NCBI GenBank assembly: GCA_965215195.1
Contig: CBDCDC010000001.1
Span: 1,207,908-1,271,907 of the forward strand
DNA: 64,000 nucleotides
Direction of reading: 5' to 3'
Source of the DNA: Candidatus Latescibacterota bacterium
GTDB lineage: Bacteria; Latescibacterota; UBA2968; UBA8231
In this document: one piece after another, positions 46,436 to 56,034 of the stretch
Layout of the letters: every line of letters starts with the position of its first letter
Position numbering within the stretch: position 1 is the first letter of the stretch
The notes under the pieces: model-generated
The model's database searches: none
What the model was told of the DNA's origin: nothing
What the model saw: only the letters and a program-made list of their open reading frames with translations
Position numbers and translations under genes: made by a program

Positions 46436-48268
46436 CAGATCGCCTTGCGCCTCGCCGTACCACTGCGCCTGCAAAGCCCATAAGCGGGCGTATTCTCCCT
46501 TTTGAGACAGCAATTCGCCGTGCGTTCCGTTTTCGAGCAGGCGGCCCTCTTTTAGCACCAAGATCCGGTCGCACAGGCGGGCGGAGCCCAAGCGGTGGGA
46601 GACCACGATGGTGGTCCGCTCGCCGGACAGGGCGAGAAAGCGCCGGAACACGTCGGCCTCAGCTTGAGGGTCGAGCGACGCGGTCGGCTCGTCGAGCACG
46701 ATTAGGGCGGCGTTGCGCATGAACCCCCTAGAGATGGCGACGCGCTGCCACTCGCCGCCGGACAGTTCGGTGCCGCCGGCAAATTCCTTGGTGAGGAGGG
46801 TGTGGTAGCGCTTGGGCAGTTGCTCGGCGATGGGGGCGGCCCCGCCTTGGTGGGCGGCGCGCTCGACGGCCGCTTGGTCGCCCATGCGCTCGGTGCGTCC
46901 CAAGCCGATGTTCTCGCCCAGAGAAAAGGCGAAGCGGGTGTAGTCTTGGAACACGGCGGCCGATTGGTCCCACAGGCCGTTCCGGTCCGCTTGGGTTAGA
47001 TCAATGTCGCCGTAGAGCACCTTCCCCTGGGTGGGGTGGAACAAGCCCAACAGCACCTTGACGAGCGTGGTCTTGCCCGAGCCGTTGGCACCGACGAGGG
47101 CCACGCGCTCACCGGGCTGGATGGTAAACGAGATGCCGTTGATTGCCGGCCGTTCCGCCTGTGGATAGCGGAAGGAGAGACCACTGGCCGCAATCGGGCG
47201 CTCGCCGACGCGGTCGATTGGCTCGCCTTCCTTTGGCTCTTCCGGTCCCAAGTCGAGGTAGGTGAAGAGATCGGCGATGTACAGGAGGCGATTGGCGAGA
47301 TAACCTAAGCGAAAGAAGACTAAATCGACGTGCATCCTGACTTCCCGCAGTGCTACCATCATGGCGGCGAACTGTCCGGGGGAGAGGCCGCCGTGGGCCA
47401 CGGCCCAAGCCGACCAGCCAATGCCGGCGGCCAGACCGGCCAAGCTGAAAGCCGCTAGCAAGACATTGACCAGAGCCTGCGACCGGCGCTGCCGAAAGAG
47501 CCGGTCGGCCACCTGCCAGTAGAGATGCTCCCACCAGCCGAGCAGGGCCGACCCTATGTTGAAAACTCGCACCTCCTTGGCGGCGGTGCGCTCGGTGAGA
47601 ATGCGCTCCAAGTAGGCCCGCAGGCGCTCGCGCTGGGTCTGCTCGCGCTTGAGGTAAAAGGTGTTCTTTTCTTGGAGCGCCCGCGCCAGCGGCGGCGGCA
47701 GTGAGACCAAGGCGATGGCGATTAGGAGCAGGGGATTCCACAGCCCGACGACCAAGGCGACCGAGACGGCCGTCAGCGTTCCGGTGATTATTGTGTGAAC
47801 CTCGCCGATGAGGTTAAGAAAGAAGCCGGGCGTGGTCGCCGCCTGTGCCCGGCGCAGCACGTCGTGGAAATCGGCGCGTTCAAAGGTCTCGAGCCGCAGG
47901 ACGCTTGCTTTGCGCTGGAGTTGGGCCAGTAGCCGGTCCTCTAGCTCCTGTTTTAGCCGCTCGACGAGTAAAGAGAAAAGCTCCACGCTGAACACCACTT
48001 GCGCGGGTGCCAGCACGGCCCACAAAGCGATCCACACCAGCATGTCCGCCACGGGCAGGTGCCCCTCGTACACCGCGAGGCTGCGGTCGAAGAGCACCCG
48101 CAGGACCCATATCGACGCGGCCGGCAGCAGACCGGTGGCGAACTGGAGCACTAGTAAGACGATGGAGTAGCGGGGATCTGTCTGGAGCATCCACCCCAGA
48201 AAGCGCAAGAGCGTGCGTACGGTGGGCGGGCGGGCCGCCTTTGCGTCCTGTCGGGCTATCGATACCAC
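46418..48268 (-). CDS. ABC exporter, fused permease/ATPase
   Basis: TM domain, AKEVRVF, GANGSGKTT, LSGGEWQR, LDEPTASLD, SHRL; GTG start behind GGAGG. Confidence 0.9.
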   Translation of the reverse strand: MVSIARQDAKAARPPTVRTLLRFLGWMLQTDPRYSIVLLVLQFATGLLPAASIWVLRVLFDRSLAVYEGHLPVADMLVWIALWAVLAPAQVVFSVELFSLLVERLKQELEDRLLAQLQRKASVLRLETFERADFHDVLRRAQAATTPGFFLNLIGEVHTIITGTLTAVSVALVVGLWNPLLLIAIALVSLPPPLARALQEKNTFYLKREQTQRERLRAYLERILTERTAAKEVRVFNIGSALLGWWEHLYWQVADRLFRQRRSQALVNVLLAAFSLAGLAAGIGWSAWAVAHGGLSPGQFAAMMVALREVRMHVDLVFFRLGYLANRLLYIADLFTYLDLGPEEPKEGEPIDRVGERPIAASGLSFRYPQAERPAINGISFTIQPGERVALVGANGSGKTTLVKVLLGLFHPTQGKVLYGDIDLTQADRNGLWDQSAAVFQDYTRFAFSLGENIGLGRTERMGDQAAVERAAHQGGAAPIAEQLPKRYHTLLTKEFAGGTELSGGEWQRVAISRGFMRNAALIVLDEPTASLDPQAEADVFRRFLALSGERTTIVVSHRLGSARLCDRILVLKEGRLLENGTHGELLSQKGEYARLWALQAQWYGEAQGDLLSTRH

Positions 48269-50172
48269 GAGGCTTGTTCCTCCCACATAGCAGCATAGAC
48301 GCCGCCTTGCGCCAGCAGGTCGTCGTGGTGTCCTTGCTCGACGATCTGCCCGTCTTTGAGGACGAGAATGCGGTCGGCCATGCGGGCCGAGCCCAGCCGG
48401 TGGCTGATCAGCAGCACGGTGCGGCCGGCGAGCAGCTCGCCGAATTGCCGGTACACTTCGGCCTCGGCCATGGGGTCCAGCGCGGCCGTAGGTTCGTCGA
48501 GGATCAGCAACTCGGGCTGGCGGATGAAGGCGCGGGCAATGGCGAGGCGTTGCCACTCGCCCCCGGAAAGCCCTTGCCCACCGTCGAGGACGTGGCCCAC
48601 CGGGGTGTCGTAGCCTTGGGGGAGACGGGCGGCGATGGCATCGACTCCGGCGCGCCGCGCTGCGTTTTCTACCAGCGCTGGATCGGGTGGCAGCCACGAT
48701 GGCCACAAGTCGGCTTTCTGGTCGCTACCGCCGCTGCCGAGGGCACCGATTCCGATGGACTGGGAGGCGGTAAGTTCAAAGTTGAAGAAGTCTTGGAATG
48801 CGGCGCTGACCGCGCTCGCAAGGCTGGTTCGGTCGATCTCGTCGTAGTGGACGCCGTCAACGGTGATATCGCCCGATGTTGGTTGGTACAGACCCAACAG
48901 GAGCTTGGCGAGGGTCGATTTTCCCGCGCCGTTCTCGCCGACGAGGGCCACCCGTTCCCCGGGTTTGAGGCGCAGGCTCACGCCTCGCAGGACGGGACGG
49001 GGACTGCCGGACTCAGCGGCGTCGGCTGCTGGATAAGCGAACCAGATGTCTTCGACGGCAAACCCCTCGCGCAGGGGTTTGGGGAAGGGCTGGGTTGGTT
49101 CGCGGTCGACTGGTGGTTGTTGTATCCAAGCGCCGTCGTCCTCGGACAGGTTGAGGAACTCGCGCACATAGCTGATTTCAGCGTTTTGGTTTTGCAGTTC
49201 CCGCACGTGGTAGCCGAGGCTGGAACCGGCCCCCAGCATGTCTTCTACGCCCCGGAACAGGGCGACAAAGCGGCCGGGCGTGAGGAGCCGGTCGCCGAGA
49301 AAATAGGCCAGCGCAACGGCGACGCCGGCCGAGACGCCGATGCGCAAGCCGGTGACTGGAAGACCTCCGCGGACCATTTGCTTTTGTTGTCGCCAGAGTT
49401 GGTCCCGCAATGCCCGGCGCGTGGCCCGCCACCGCTGGCGCAGCGTCTGGTGGAGGGCAAAGAGGCGCATCTCTTTTTGTTCGCCCCGTCCGGTGAGGAC
49501 CCGATCGACATAGCCGGCCCGGCGCATTTCCTCGGTCTGGCCGTAGGTGAAGCTCATGAATCGCCGGCTTTGTTCGATGGCCAGCCGGACCTGCGGTATC
49601 AGTACAATCAGAAGAGTCAGCGAGATCCACAAAGAGACCGGGGCGAACAGGGCCGCGATGGAGAGGACTTTGATGCCGGCTTGGAATCCGTGCATGGCCG
49701 CGAAGAAGAACCAATTGACCGTGCTCCCCGGATTCTTGGCGCGTTCCAGCCGATCGTAAAACGCGCTTGTCTCAAAGAAGACGAGCGGCAGCCTCGCCGC
49801 CTTGGCCAGAAAGCGACGGCCCAGCGCGCGTTCGAGGTTCTGTTCGAGCCGCAGGTGGAGCGCGTCCCGGATCTGCCACTGCACGTCGTTTGTGAGCAGG
49901 AGCACCAGCCCGAAGGCGAGGAGCCACGGCAAGGTCTGTTCAAAGCCAGCGCCCCCCGCACCGGCCGAGGCGACGACGATGTCGACGAGGTGCTCGGTGA
50001 TGTAGATGAGCAGCGCGGGCTGAAGGCCCGAGAGTATTTGTACTGCGACGATGCCCAAGGCCGGTGCCCGTCCGTGCGCCCAGACGTGGGCGAAGGTCCA
50101 GCGCAGATTGGTCCATATAGTCGCCGCACTCGTGCGCCGGTTCCAGAACTCGAGGTCTCTTCTCGGCGGCAC
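48256..50172 (-). CDS. ABC exporter, fused permease/ATPase (likely heterodimer partner)
   Basis: TM domain, KEMRLF, GENGAGKST, LSGGEWQR, LDEPTAALD. Confidence 0.9.
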   Translation of the reverse strand: MPPRRDLEFWNRRTSAATIWTNLRWTFAHVWAHGRAPALGIVAVQILSGLQPALLIYITEHLVDIVVASAGAGGAGFEQTLPWLLAFGLVLLLTNDVQWQIRDALHLRLEQNLERALGRRFLAKAARLPLVFFETSAFYDRLERAKNPGSTVNWFFFAAMHGFQAGIKVLSIAALFAPVSLWISLTLLIVLIPQVRLAIEQSRRFMSFTYGQTEEMRRAGYVDRVLTGRGEQKEMRLFALHQTLRQRWRATRRALRDQLWRQQKQMVRGGLPVTGLRIGVSAGVAVALAYFLGDRLLTPGRFVALFRGVEDMLGAGSSLGYHVRELQNQNAEISYVREFLNLSEDDGAWIQQPPVDREPTQPFPKPLREGFAVEDIWFAYPAADAAESGSPRPVLRGVSLRLKPGERVALVGENGAGKSTLAKLLLGLYQPTSGDITVDGVHYDEIDRTSLASAVSAAFQDFFNFELTASQSIGIGALGSGGSDQKADLWPSWLPPDPALVENAARRAGVDAIAARLPQGYDTPVGHVLDGGQGLSGGEWQRLAIARAFIRQPELLILDEPTAALDPMAEAEVYRQFGELLAGRTVLLISHRLGSARMADRILVLKDGQIVEQGHHDDLLAQGGVYAAMWEEQASWYR

Positions 50173-50201
50173 AGCCTGCCTCTAACGATCGTTATTCCCT
50201 A

Positions 50202-51776
50202 CTAGCGTGGCAGTACGGTCACTTCCACTTCGTCGATGACGATAGCCCCTTCGGGGAGGCCAGAGAAGAGCAGGCGGACGCCGAGGGCATTGTCGCCATC
50301 GCGTACGGGCGGCGACGACAGATCGATGATGCAGGTCGTATGCGCGGGGAGCGGTCGTCCTTGATTTGGGGGCCGACCGTCGCTGTGCCAGATGCGGCGT
50401 ACGCTGTCGGTGGGGATAGCCGTACCGTTGACATCGACCGCAATGCGGTCGTAAGGCCCCAAGCCCGTAGCGCGGAAGAACAGCTTGGCAAAGACGATCT
50501 CGTCGAAGTTTTCGTACAGGCGAAAGTGATACTGCCCGTAAGGTTGCTTTTCCGTCCGCTCAAGGAGAATCTTGGCGTCTCTGAGAACCCCACCCGCGGT
50601 CATGCCCGGGACGCCAAAGGCCGTAGAGCCGCCCCACATGGGGTGAAAGAGATAGTGCCGAGCGCCCTCGGCAATTTTGGCCGGATCGCGCAGTTCCCGC
50701 AGGTAGCTAAGGGCTAGGGGATACATGGCCTCCGACCCTGGATCTCGGGTCGATTTCCAAAAGGCGTCCCAGTGCATCTGAAAATTGTACAGGGAGACCC
50801 CGTCGGCACCTTGGCGGGCAAACGAATGGGCCAAGGCGCGGTAGTTTTCGAGCGTCAACGGCGGACCGGTGCGGTCGAGGTTGGCGCAATAGGGGAGGAG
50901 GCCGGGGATGAGCTGGCACTTGGTGGCCTTGGTGAGCTGGCTGAACTCTTGGTAAGGGGCGTTGAAATCCGAATACATGGCGTCTTGGGGAGCGACGTAG
51001 TCGATGAGGGCTTCCGCGATCCAAGTGGGCACATCGAGGCCGCAGTTGTGGCACTCCTCCAGCGTCTCCGGGACGCGGACGCCCAACAGCAGGTCGCGGC
51101 CCCGGCTGCTTCCGGCCTTGTCGAGCATTTCTCGCACCCGCCGAATCAAGTCGGTCATAAGCGGTTGGCGCTCTCGCGCTAGGCTTCTATCGCCTTGGGG
51201 GGCCGGAAAGTAAAGACCCTCGCGGAAGACCAGCTCAAGCCCATCTACGTCGAATTGATCGACGACTTCCGCCATCACTGCAAAGAGGTAATCGCGCACT
51301 TCGGCAAAGGTAAAATCCATCCTATTGCCGGGAACGAAGGCCGTGCCCGGCGGCATCTCCGCAATTTTCCACTGTGGGTTTTTGTGGAGAAACATCCCGC
51401 CTTGGTCGGGTGCGCCGTGGCTGTCGTTCATGCGGAAACCAGCGAGAAAACGCATCCCGTGCTTGCGAGCTTGATCCAGCATCACCTGCAGCGGCATGAT
51501 CCCGTCGTCCATCATGGGAATAAAGCGCCGGTGCTGGGGGCGGGCGTCGTACTCGAAGCGCGGGGAGCGAAAGTACAAGGTCCAGCCGGCGTTATAGACC
51601 TCTTGGATAAAGGTATCGGCTCTATTGGCAGCGACGTGGTCGATGATGCGCCGCAGCTCTTCAGGCTTGGCCGGGTGTGAGGTGATGAGGGGCCGCGCCT
51701 TGCCCGGGTCAAAATCGTAGTTGGCATTGCCCGAGGGGTCGCTGACGTAGATGAGCCTCCAGGTGTCGTGCGGCAT
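50202..51776 (-). CDS. Glycoside hydrolase-like TIM-barrel protein (GHL10/DUF187-like)
   Basis: GFRMNDSH, MDFT..EVRDY, DVDGLEL, GADGVSLYNF; C-terminal beta-sandwich; GGAGGA RBS. Confidence 0.65.
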   Translation of the reverse strand: MPHDTWRLIYVSDPSGNANYDFDPGKARPLITSHPAKPEELRRIIDHVAANRADTFIQEVYNAGWTLYFRSPRFEYDARPQHRRFIPMMDDGIMPLQVMLDQARKHGMRFLAGFRMNDSHGAPDQGGMFLHKNPQWKIAEMPPGTAFVPGNRMDFTFAEVRDYLFAVMAEVVDQFDVDGLELVFREGLYFPAPQGDRSLARERQPLMTDLIRRVREMLDKAGSSRGRDLLLGVRVPETLEECHNCGLDVPTWIAEALIDYVAPQDAMYSDFNAPYQEFSQLTKATKCQLIPGLLPYCANLDRTGPPLTLENYRALAHSFARQGADGVSLYNFQMHWDAFWKSTRDPGSEAMYPLALSYLRELRDPAKIAEGARHYLFHPMWGGSTAFGVPGMTAGGVLRDAKILLERTEKQPYGQYHFRLYENFDEIVFAKLFFRATGLGPYDRIAVDVNGTAIPTDSVRRIWHSDGRPPNQGRPLPAHTTCIIDLSSPPVRDGDNALGVRLLFSGLPEGAIVIDEVEVTVLPR

Positions 51777-51838
51777 CTTGTCCTCCAGAGAAAATGCGGA
51801 GCGGGAAGGGTGGAAATTTTTCGCCTTAGCCTCTGTTG

Positions 51839-52050
51839 GCGGGCAGGCTGCCCGCGTACTCGGCGGCAACCTTAGTGTCGTGTACCTTAGTACCCGACCC
51901 CTAAAGTAGGCGACCCTTACTTTGAGTACGCCTTTTCTGCTGTTTCCGATGAGTCCGGGATCGAGGGCGTCCCGCCCTCGCCGAGGGCAAGATGCCCTCG
52001 ATCCTTGGCAGGCTGAGGACTGGCGTCGTGTAGTAAGGTCGTGTACTAAG
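51839..52050. repeat. Cluster of REP/MITE-like repeats
   Basis: 22-bp identity 51947-51968 = 8937-8958; 23-bp identity 51982-52004 = 8952-8974; GTCGTGTA end motifs at 51873, 52021, 52038; GCGGGCAG-G-CTGCCCGC hairpin at 51839. Confidence 0.75.
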
Positions 52051-52095
52051 TTTTGTCATAAAAATCCAGCCATTGCTTGGGAGGATAATCAGACC

Positions 52096-52240
52096 GTGAA
52101 AGGCATCCAATTCCTAGGCGACGAATACGGCAACGCGATTGAGGAATGGGGCGAATATACGACGGCATGATTATCGAGGATAGGCGGGGCGAACCCACCA
52201 CCCCATGGGAAGTACTGAAGACAGAAATGGAGGCAGAGAT
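52096..52240 (+). pseudogene. Frameshifted small antitoxin-like gene
   Basis: GGAGGA RBS; MKGIQFLGDEYGN..EEWGE then shifted YDGMIIEDRRGEPTTPWEVLKTE, resembling RelE-partner antitoxins. Confidence 0.45.
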
Positions 52241-52340
52241 AAAACGGCAGCTATCGCTCTTTGTAGTAGGACTCAGGCTTTGCGGTGGAACTGTCGCTGA
52301 CCGTTGAGCGGGCATCGAAGTTGGTGTGCGCCGCGATGAT

Positions 52341-52416
52341 TGGTGGAGCTGATCGGGATCGAACCGACGACCTCAGGCTTGCAAAGCCCGCGCTCTCCCA
52401 GCTGAGCTACAGCCCC
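52341..52416 (-). tRNA. tRNA-Ala (UGC)
   Basis: GGGGCTGTAGCTCAGCTGGGAGAGCGCGGGCTTTGCAAGCCTGAGGTCGTCGGTTCGATCCCGATCAGCTCCACCA; 76 nt, G3-U70 pair, CCA end. Confidence 0.97.
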
Positions 52417-52422
52417 ATATCT

Positions 52423-52563
52423 TTAATTGCCTCCCCCTTTCAGCGCCACAAACAAAGAAACCACGCTCCCGAGGATGACGAGGAAGCCGGGCACCTGAAT
52501 GCCGACAATCCAACGAAAATCTCGGCGATGCTCTAGTGCGATGCGCTCGGTGGGTTCGGCCAT
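52423..52563 (-). CDS. Small hypothetical membrane-anchored protein or fragment
   Basis: MAEPTERIALEHRRDFRWIVGIQ... with one C-terminal hydrophobic segment; no clear RBS. Confidence 0.3.
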   Translation of the reverse strand: MAEPTERIALEHRRDFRWIVGIQVPGFLVILGSVVSLFVALKGGGN

Positions 52564-52650
52564 CTTCTGTAAACTCAATTTCGAGCTTACGTTACGAGAG
52601 AAAAAAATAGGCAGCGCGACTCGCTGCGTCAACGAAATAGAGGTGAAACC

Positions 52651-53832
52651 ATGGCAGATCCAGTTGTAGTCAGTGCCCGGCGCACGGCCATCGGCCGCTT
52701 TGGCGGTGCGCTCGAGGATATATCCGCCGCTGAGTTGGGTGGCAAAGTGCTCTCGGCCGTCTTAGCGGAGAGCCAAGTGGAAGCGTGCGAAGTAGATGAA
52801 GTGCTGATGGGCATGGTGTATCAGGGCGGGGCCGGGGCCAATCCGGCGCGCCAAGCGGCCATCGCTGCCGGGCTGCCCTATGAGGTGCCGTCGATGACCG
52901 TCAACAAACTCTGCGGCTCGGGGCTGAAGGCGATTGCGCTGGCGGCCCAGAGTCTGCGGGCCGGCGAAGCTGAGGTGGTGCTGGCCGGGGGCATGGAGAA
53001 CATGAGCCAAGCACCCTACGTCCTGCACGGGGCGCGGTGGGGGCAGCGCCTAGGGCACGGCTCGGTCGAGGACATGCTACTGCTCGACGGGCTGTGGGAT
53101 TGTTTTTACGACTGCCACATGGGGATTACGGCCGAAAATTTGGCTGAAGAATACGGGATTACCCGCACCGAGCAGGACCAATTCGCCGTGCGCAGTCAAC
53201 AGCGGTGGGCCAGCGCCCAAGAGCAGGAGGCATTTAAGGACCAGATTGTGCCCGTATCCATCGCACAAAAAGGCGGGGAGACCGCCTTTGCAACAGATGA
53301 GCATCCGCGCCCCGGGACCACGGTTGAGCAGCTAAGTCAGCTCAAACCGGCGTTCAAGAAAGATGGGACCGTGACCGCGGGCAATGCCTCGGGAATCAAC
53401 GACGGGGCGGCTGCGCTGCTGTTGATGACCGCAGAAGAGGCCAAGGTGCGCGGGCTGGTGCCGCTGGCTTATCTTCGGGGAACGGCCAGTGCTGGCGTCG
53501 ATCCCCGCATTATGGGCATTGGCCCGGCCCCGGCGATCCGCAAGCTGTTGGCCCAGACCGGCACCCGGCTCGCAGATGTAGATCGGATCGAGCTCAACGA
53601 AGCGTTCGCCGCCCAGAGCTTGGCTGTGGGGCGGGAGCTGGGTTGGGACTGGGATAAGGTCAACGTCCAAGGCGGGGCCATTGCCATCGGCCACGCTGTC
53701 GGTGCCAGCGGTGCGCGCATCGCCACCGCGCTTTTGCACCAGATGCAGCAGCGCGGCGTCAGGCTGGGCATAGCCGCGCTGTGCATTGGCGGGGGGATGG
53801 GCATTGCCGCGCTCTTCGAGCGAGCGGAATAA
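52651..53832 (+). CDS. Acetyl-CoA C-acetyltransferase (thiolase)
   Basis: [50 protein letters not shown]. Confidence 0.94.
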   Translation: MADPVVVSARRTAIGRFGGALEDISAAELGGKVLSAVLAESQVEACEVDEVLMGMVYQGGAGANPARQAAIAAGLPYEVPSMTVNKLCGSGLKAIALAAQSLRAGEAEVVLAGGMENMSQAPYVLHGARWGQRLGHGSVEDMLLLDGLWDCFYDCHMGITAENLAEEYGITRTEQDQFAVRSQQRWASAQEQEAFKDQIVPVSIAQKGGETAFATDEHPRPGTTVEQLSQLKPAFKKDGTVTAGNASGINDGAAALLLMTAEEAKVRGLVPLAYLRGTASAGVDPRIMGIGPAPAIRKLLAQTGTRLADVDRIELNEAFAAQSLAVGRELGWDWDKVNVQGGAIAIGHAVGASGARIATALLHQMQQRGVRLGIAALCIGGGMGIAALFERAE

Positions 53833-53901
53833 GCGCGGGCCGAGCGCGGCGCGTCTCGTTCGTCCGCCGACTGCACCCGCTGGCCCGCGCACATTCCTTG
53901 C

Positions 53902-54288
53902 TCAAGCCACCCGGAGGGCGGTTTCTTCCTGTGCGTCTTCCGCCTCTCTTTCCAGAACTTGCAGGTTCCGCACCTGCACCTGGACGCGGAAGCGGGGCTG
54001 GTCGGCGTCGTCGCGCCAAGAATGGCTTTGCAGACGGCCGGTGATAAAGACTGGCGTGCCCTTGTGCAGGCGCTTGGCCAAGGTCTCGGCGGCTTTCTGC
54101 CAGAGGATGATGTCGAAGAAGGAGGTCTCCTCTTGCCATTCTTGGTTGCGGTCGCGATAGGAGCGGTTGACGGCGATCCGCCCCCGCAGGCGGGCGGCAC
54201 CGTTGTCCATGAAGCGGAAGTCGGGATCTTGCACCAAGCGGCCGCTGAGGGCGACTTGGTTGATGTTGGGCATCCTTAAGGTCGGCAT
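53902..54288 (-). CDS. ssb: Single-stranded DNA-binding protein paralogue lacking the acidic DDIPF-type tail
   Basis: [40 protein letters not shown]-fold; AGGAGG RBS; ends ALRVA. Confidence 0.88.
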   Translation of the reverse strand: MPTLRMPNINQVALSGRLVQDPDFRFMDNGAARLRGRIAVNRSYRDRNQEWQEETSFFDIILWQKAAETLAKRLHKGTPVFITGRLQSHSWRDDADQPRFRVQVQVRNLQVLEREAEDAQEETALRVA

Positions 54289-54352
54289 GAAGTTCCTCCT
54301 GTATAGATGGGCGAGTGAGGCGTCCGTTAGTGGATCGCTTGGTTATGGCATT

Positions 54353-54369
54353 AGCATAAAGTGTGCCAG
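54353..54369 (-). promoter_or_regulatory. Sigma-54 (-24/-12) promoter upstream of ssb
   Basis: CTGGCACACTTTATGCT on the minus strand, GG and GC at exact -24/-12 spacing, about 65 nt before the ssb start. Confidence 0.7.
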
Positions 54370-54467
54370 CGGGCCGCCGGTGCGCCCAATGGTTTGTTCG
54401 GCAATTTGTTATATAGGTTGTTTGACGAGCCGCAATAAGCGGCCATTGCCCCGAATGGGATACACTA

Positions 54468-55934
54468 ATGAGTAACAAGGGAAACGCGAAGACCTTGGCG
54501 CAGCACTTTACGCCCGCAGCGGTAGCGCAACTAACTTGGGACGCAGTGCGCTCGCTCGCGGGAAAAGAGCTAGGTGCTGGTGCGCGCGTGGTTGATCCAG
54601 CCGCGGGCCAAGGGGCGTTGTTGGCCGTCGTCGGGCGAGCCTATCAGACTACGGGCATTGAGATCGACGGGCGGCTAGCCGAGCGGGGACGCAGGCAGGT
54701 CGATCGCTTTTACACCGGAGACGGCTTGCTCGGCACCTTTCCCGAGGTGGCGGACGGGTCGTTTGATTGCGCGTTGGCCAACCCGCCTTTTGGCAAGTTA
54801 GGACCGATGCTGCCCTTGTTTGGGACGGATGGCTCCTGCCGACTCGCCCGGCGCTTTAGGCTGCTCGATGGACAAAAGCAGACGTGCGCCTTCCCGGTGG
54901 AGTTGCTTTTTGTCGAGCGCGCCCTGCAACTGACCCGGCCGGCTGGTTGGATGGCCCTGATATTGCCCGAGGGATTCCTCGCCAATGCCCGGCGGCAGGG
55001 CGTCCGCGACTGGTTGCTCGCACGTGCTGAAGTGCGGGCCGTCGTCGCCCTGCCCGGGGCCTTCAACAAGGTGCAGACGGCCTTAGTCGTCTTGCGCCGC
55101 AGCAAGCCGCTGGCCCGGACCAAAGCGCGGCTGATCGCACCAAGCGGGAAGAGACCGAGCGTGGAGCAGTACGCGCAGCGCGCCCGGCTTTTGCTCGGTG
55201 CGCCGATCCGCCGCGGACCGGAGGCCGCGCTCCTGAGCGTCAGGCAGTGTGCGCTGCATGCCCGGCGTTGGGACCCGCGCTTCTGGCAAGGGTGCGCTGT
55301 GGTGCGTCGCTTGGCGGGCCGCTTGCGGCTGGTGCCGTTGGGGGAATACATCTGCCATTTGACGTACGGGCCGATTGTCACGGGCAGCCGCCCTCAGCAC
55401 GTAGAGGCCGGCGTGCCGGTCATCCGGCAAGGCGACATCGCTGAAACCGGGCTCGACGAGCGTGCGCTCTTGTGCGTGACGCCGGCCGGTGCGCACGATC
55501 CACCGCGCAGCCGAGTGCGCCCCGGGGACTTGCTGTTGTCGCGGTCTGGGGCCGGGGCCTTGGGCCGGAACCGCCTCGCGGTATATTTGGGGAGCGGGCC
55601 GGCCAATGTGGGCTGTTTTGTCGATTTGATCCGCTTGAAGGGGCTCAATCCGTTTTACGCTTGGTTTTTCTTTAAGACGCGGCTGGGCCGTGCGCAGATC
55701 GCCGCGCAGGCCAACGGGGTGGGTACGCCGAATATCAGCTTTGGCGAGATTCGCGCATTGCAGATTGCGGCCTTGCCCGCGGCCTATCAGGATGCCCTCG
55801 AAAGGCGCTATCGGGAGCAAGTGTGGCCTCTGCACTGCCGCCGCGAGCGGGCGGAATTTCGCGCCGAGGCCGAGCGGCACTTCCGCGCCATTGTCGGCGA
55901 CTTGGAAGACCATTTGCAGACGCGACGCCAATAG
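54468..55934 (+). CDS. N6-adenine DNA methyltransferase (HsdM-like) fused to one HsdS-like target recognition domain
   Basis: QHFTP, DPAAGQG (motif I), NPPF (motif IV), ILPEGFL; C-terminal PLGE...GVPVIRQGDI...PGDLLLSRSG...GTPNIS..I..L.I TRD/HsdS pattern. Confidence 0.8.
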   Translation: MSNKGNAKTLAQHFTPAAVAQLTWDAVRSLAGKELGAGARVVDPAAGQGALLAVVGRAYQTTGIEIDGRLAERGRRQVDRFYTGDGLLGTFPEVADGSFDCALANPPFGKLGPMLPLFGTDGSCRLARRFRLLDGQKQTCAFPVELLFVERALQLTRPAGWMALILPEGFLANARRQGVRDWLLARAEVRAVVALPGAFNKVQTALVVLRRSKPLARTKARLIAPSGKRPSVEQYAQRARLLLGAPIRRGPEAALLSVRQCALHARRWDPRFWQGCAVVRRLAGRLRLVPLGEYICHLTYGPIVTGSRPQHVEAGVPVIRQGDIAETGLDERALLCVTPAGAHDPPRSRVRPGDLLLSRSGAGALGRNRLAVYLGSGPANVGCFVDLIRLKGLNPFYAWFFFKTRLGRAQIAAQANGVGTPNISFGEIRALQIAALPAAYQDALERRYREQVWPLHCRRERAEFRAEAERHFRAIVGDLEDHLQTRRQ

Positions 55935-56034
55935 GCAAGTGCTCTATCGCCAACGGCCAGCGAATCGTATTATAGAGGTATAGAGGGCTACTCAAGCAGA
56001 AGTTAGCTGAAGTCGAGCGCAGAAAGGCATCCGA

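Noticed and set aside
48007-50205. 732-aa plus-strand ORF
   Set aside because: Antisense shadow of the well-supported ABC exporter; no motifs; expected in GC-rich DNA.
39800-52341. Classical tRNA-anchored integrative element
   Set aside because: No integrase and no duplicated tRNA 3' end (att site) found by eye.
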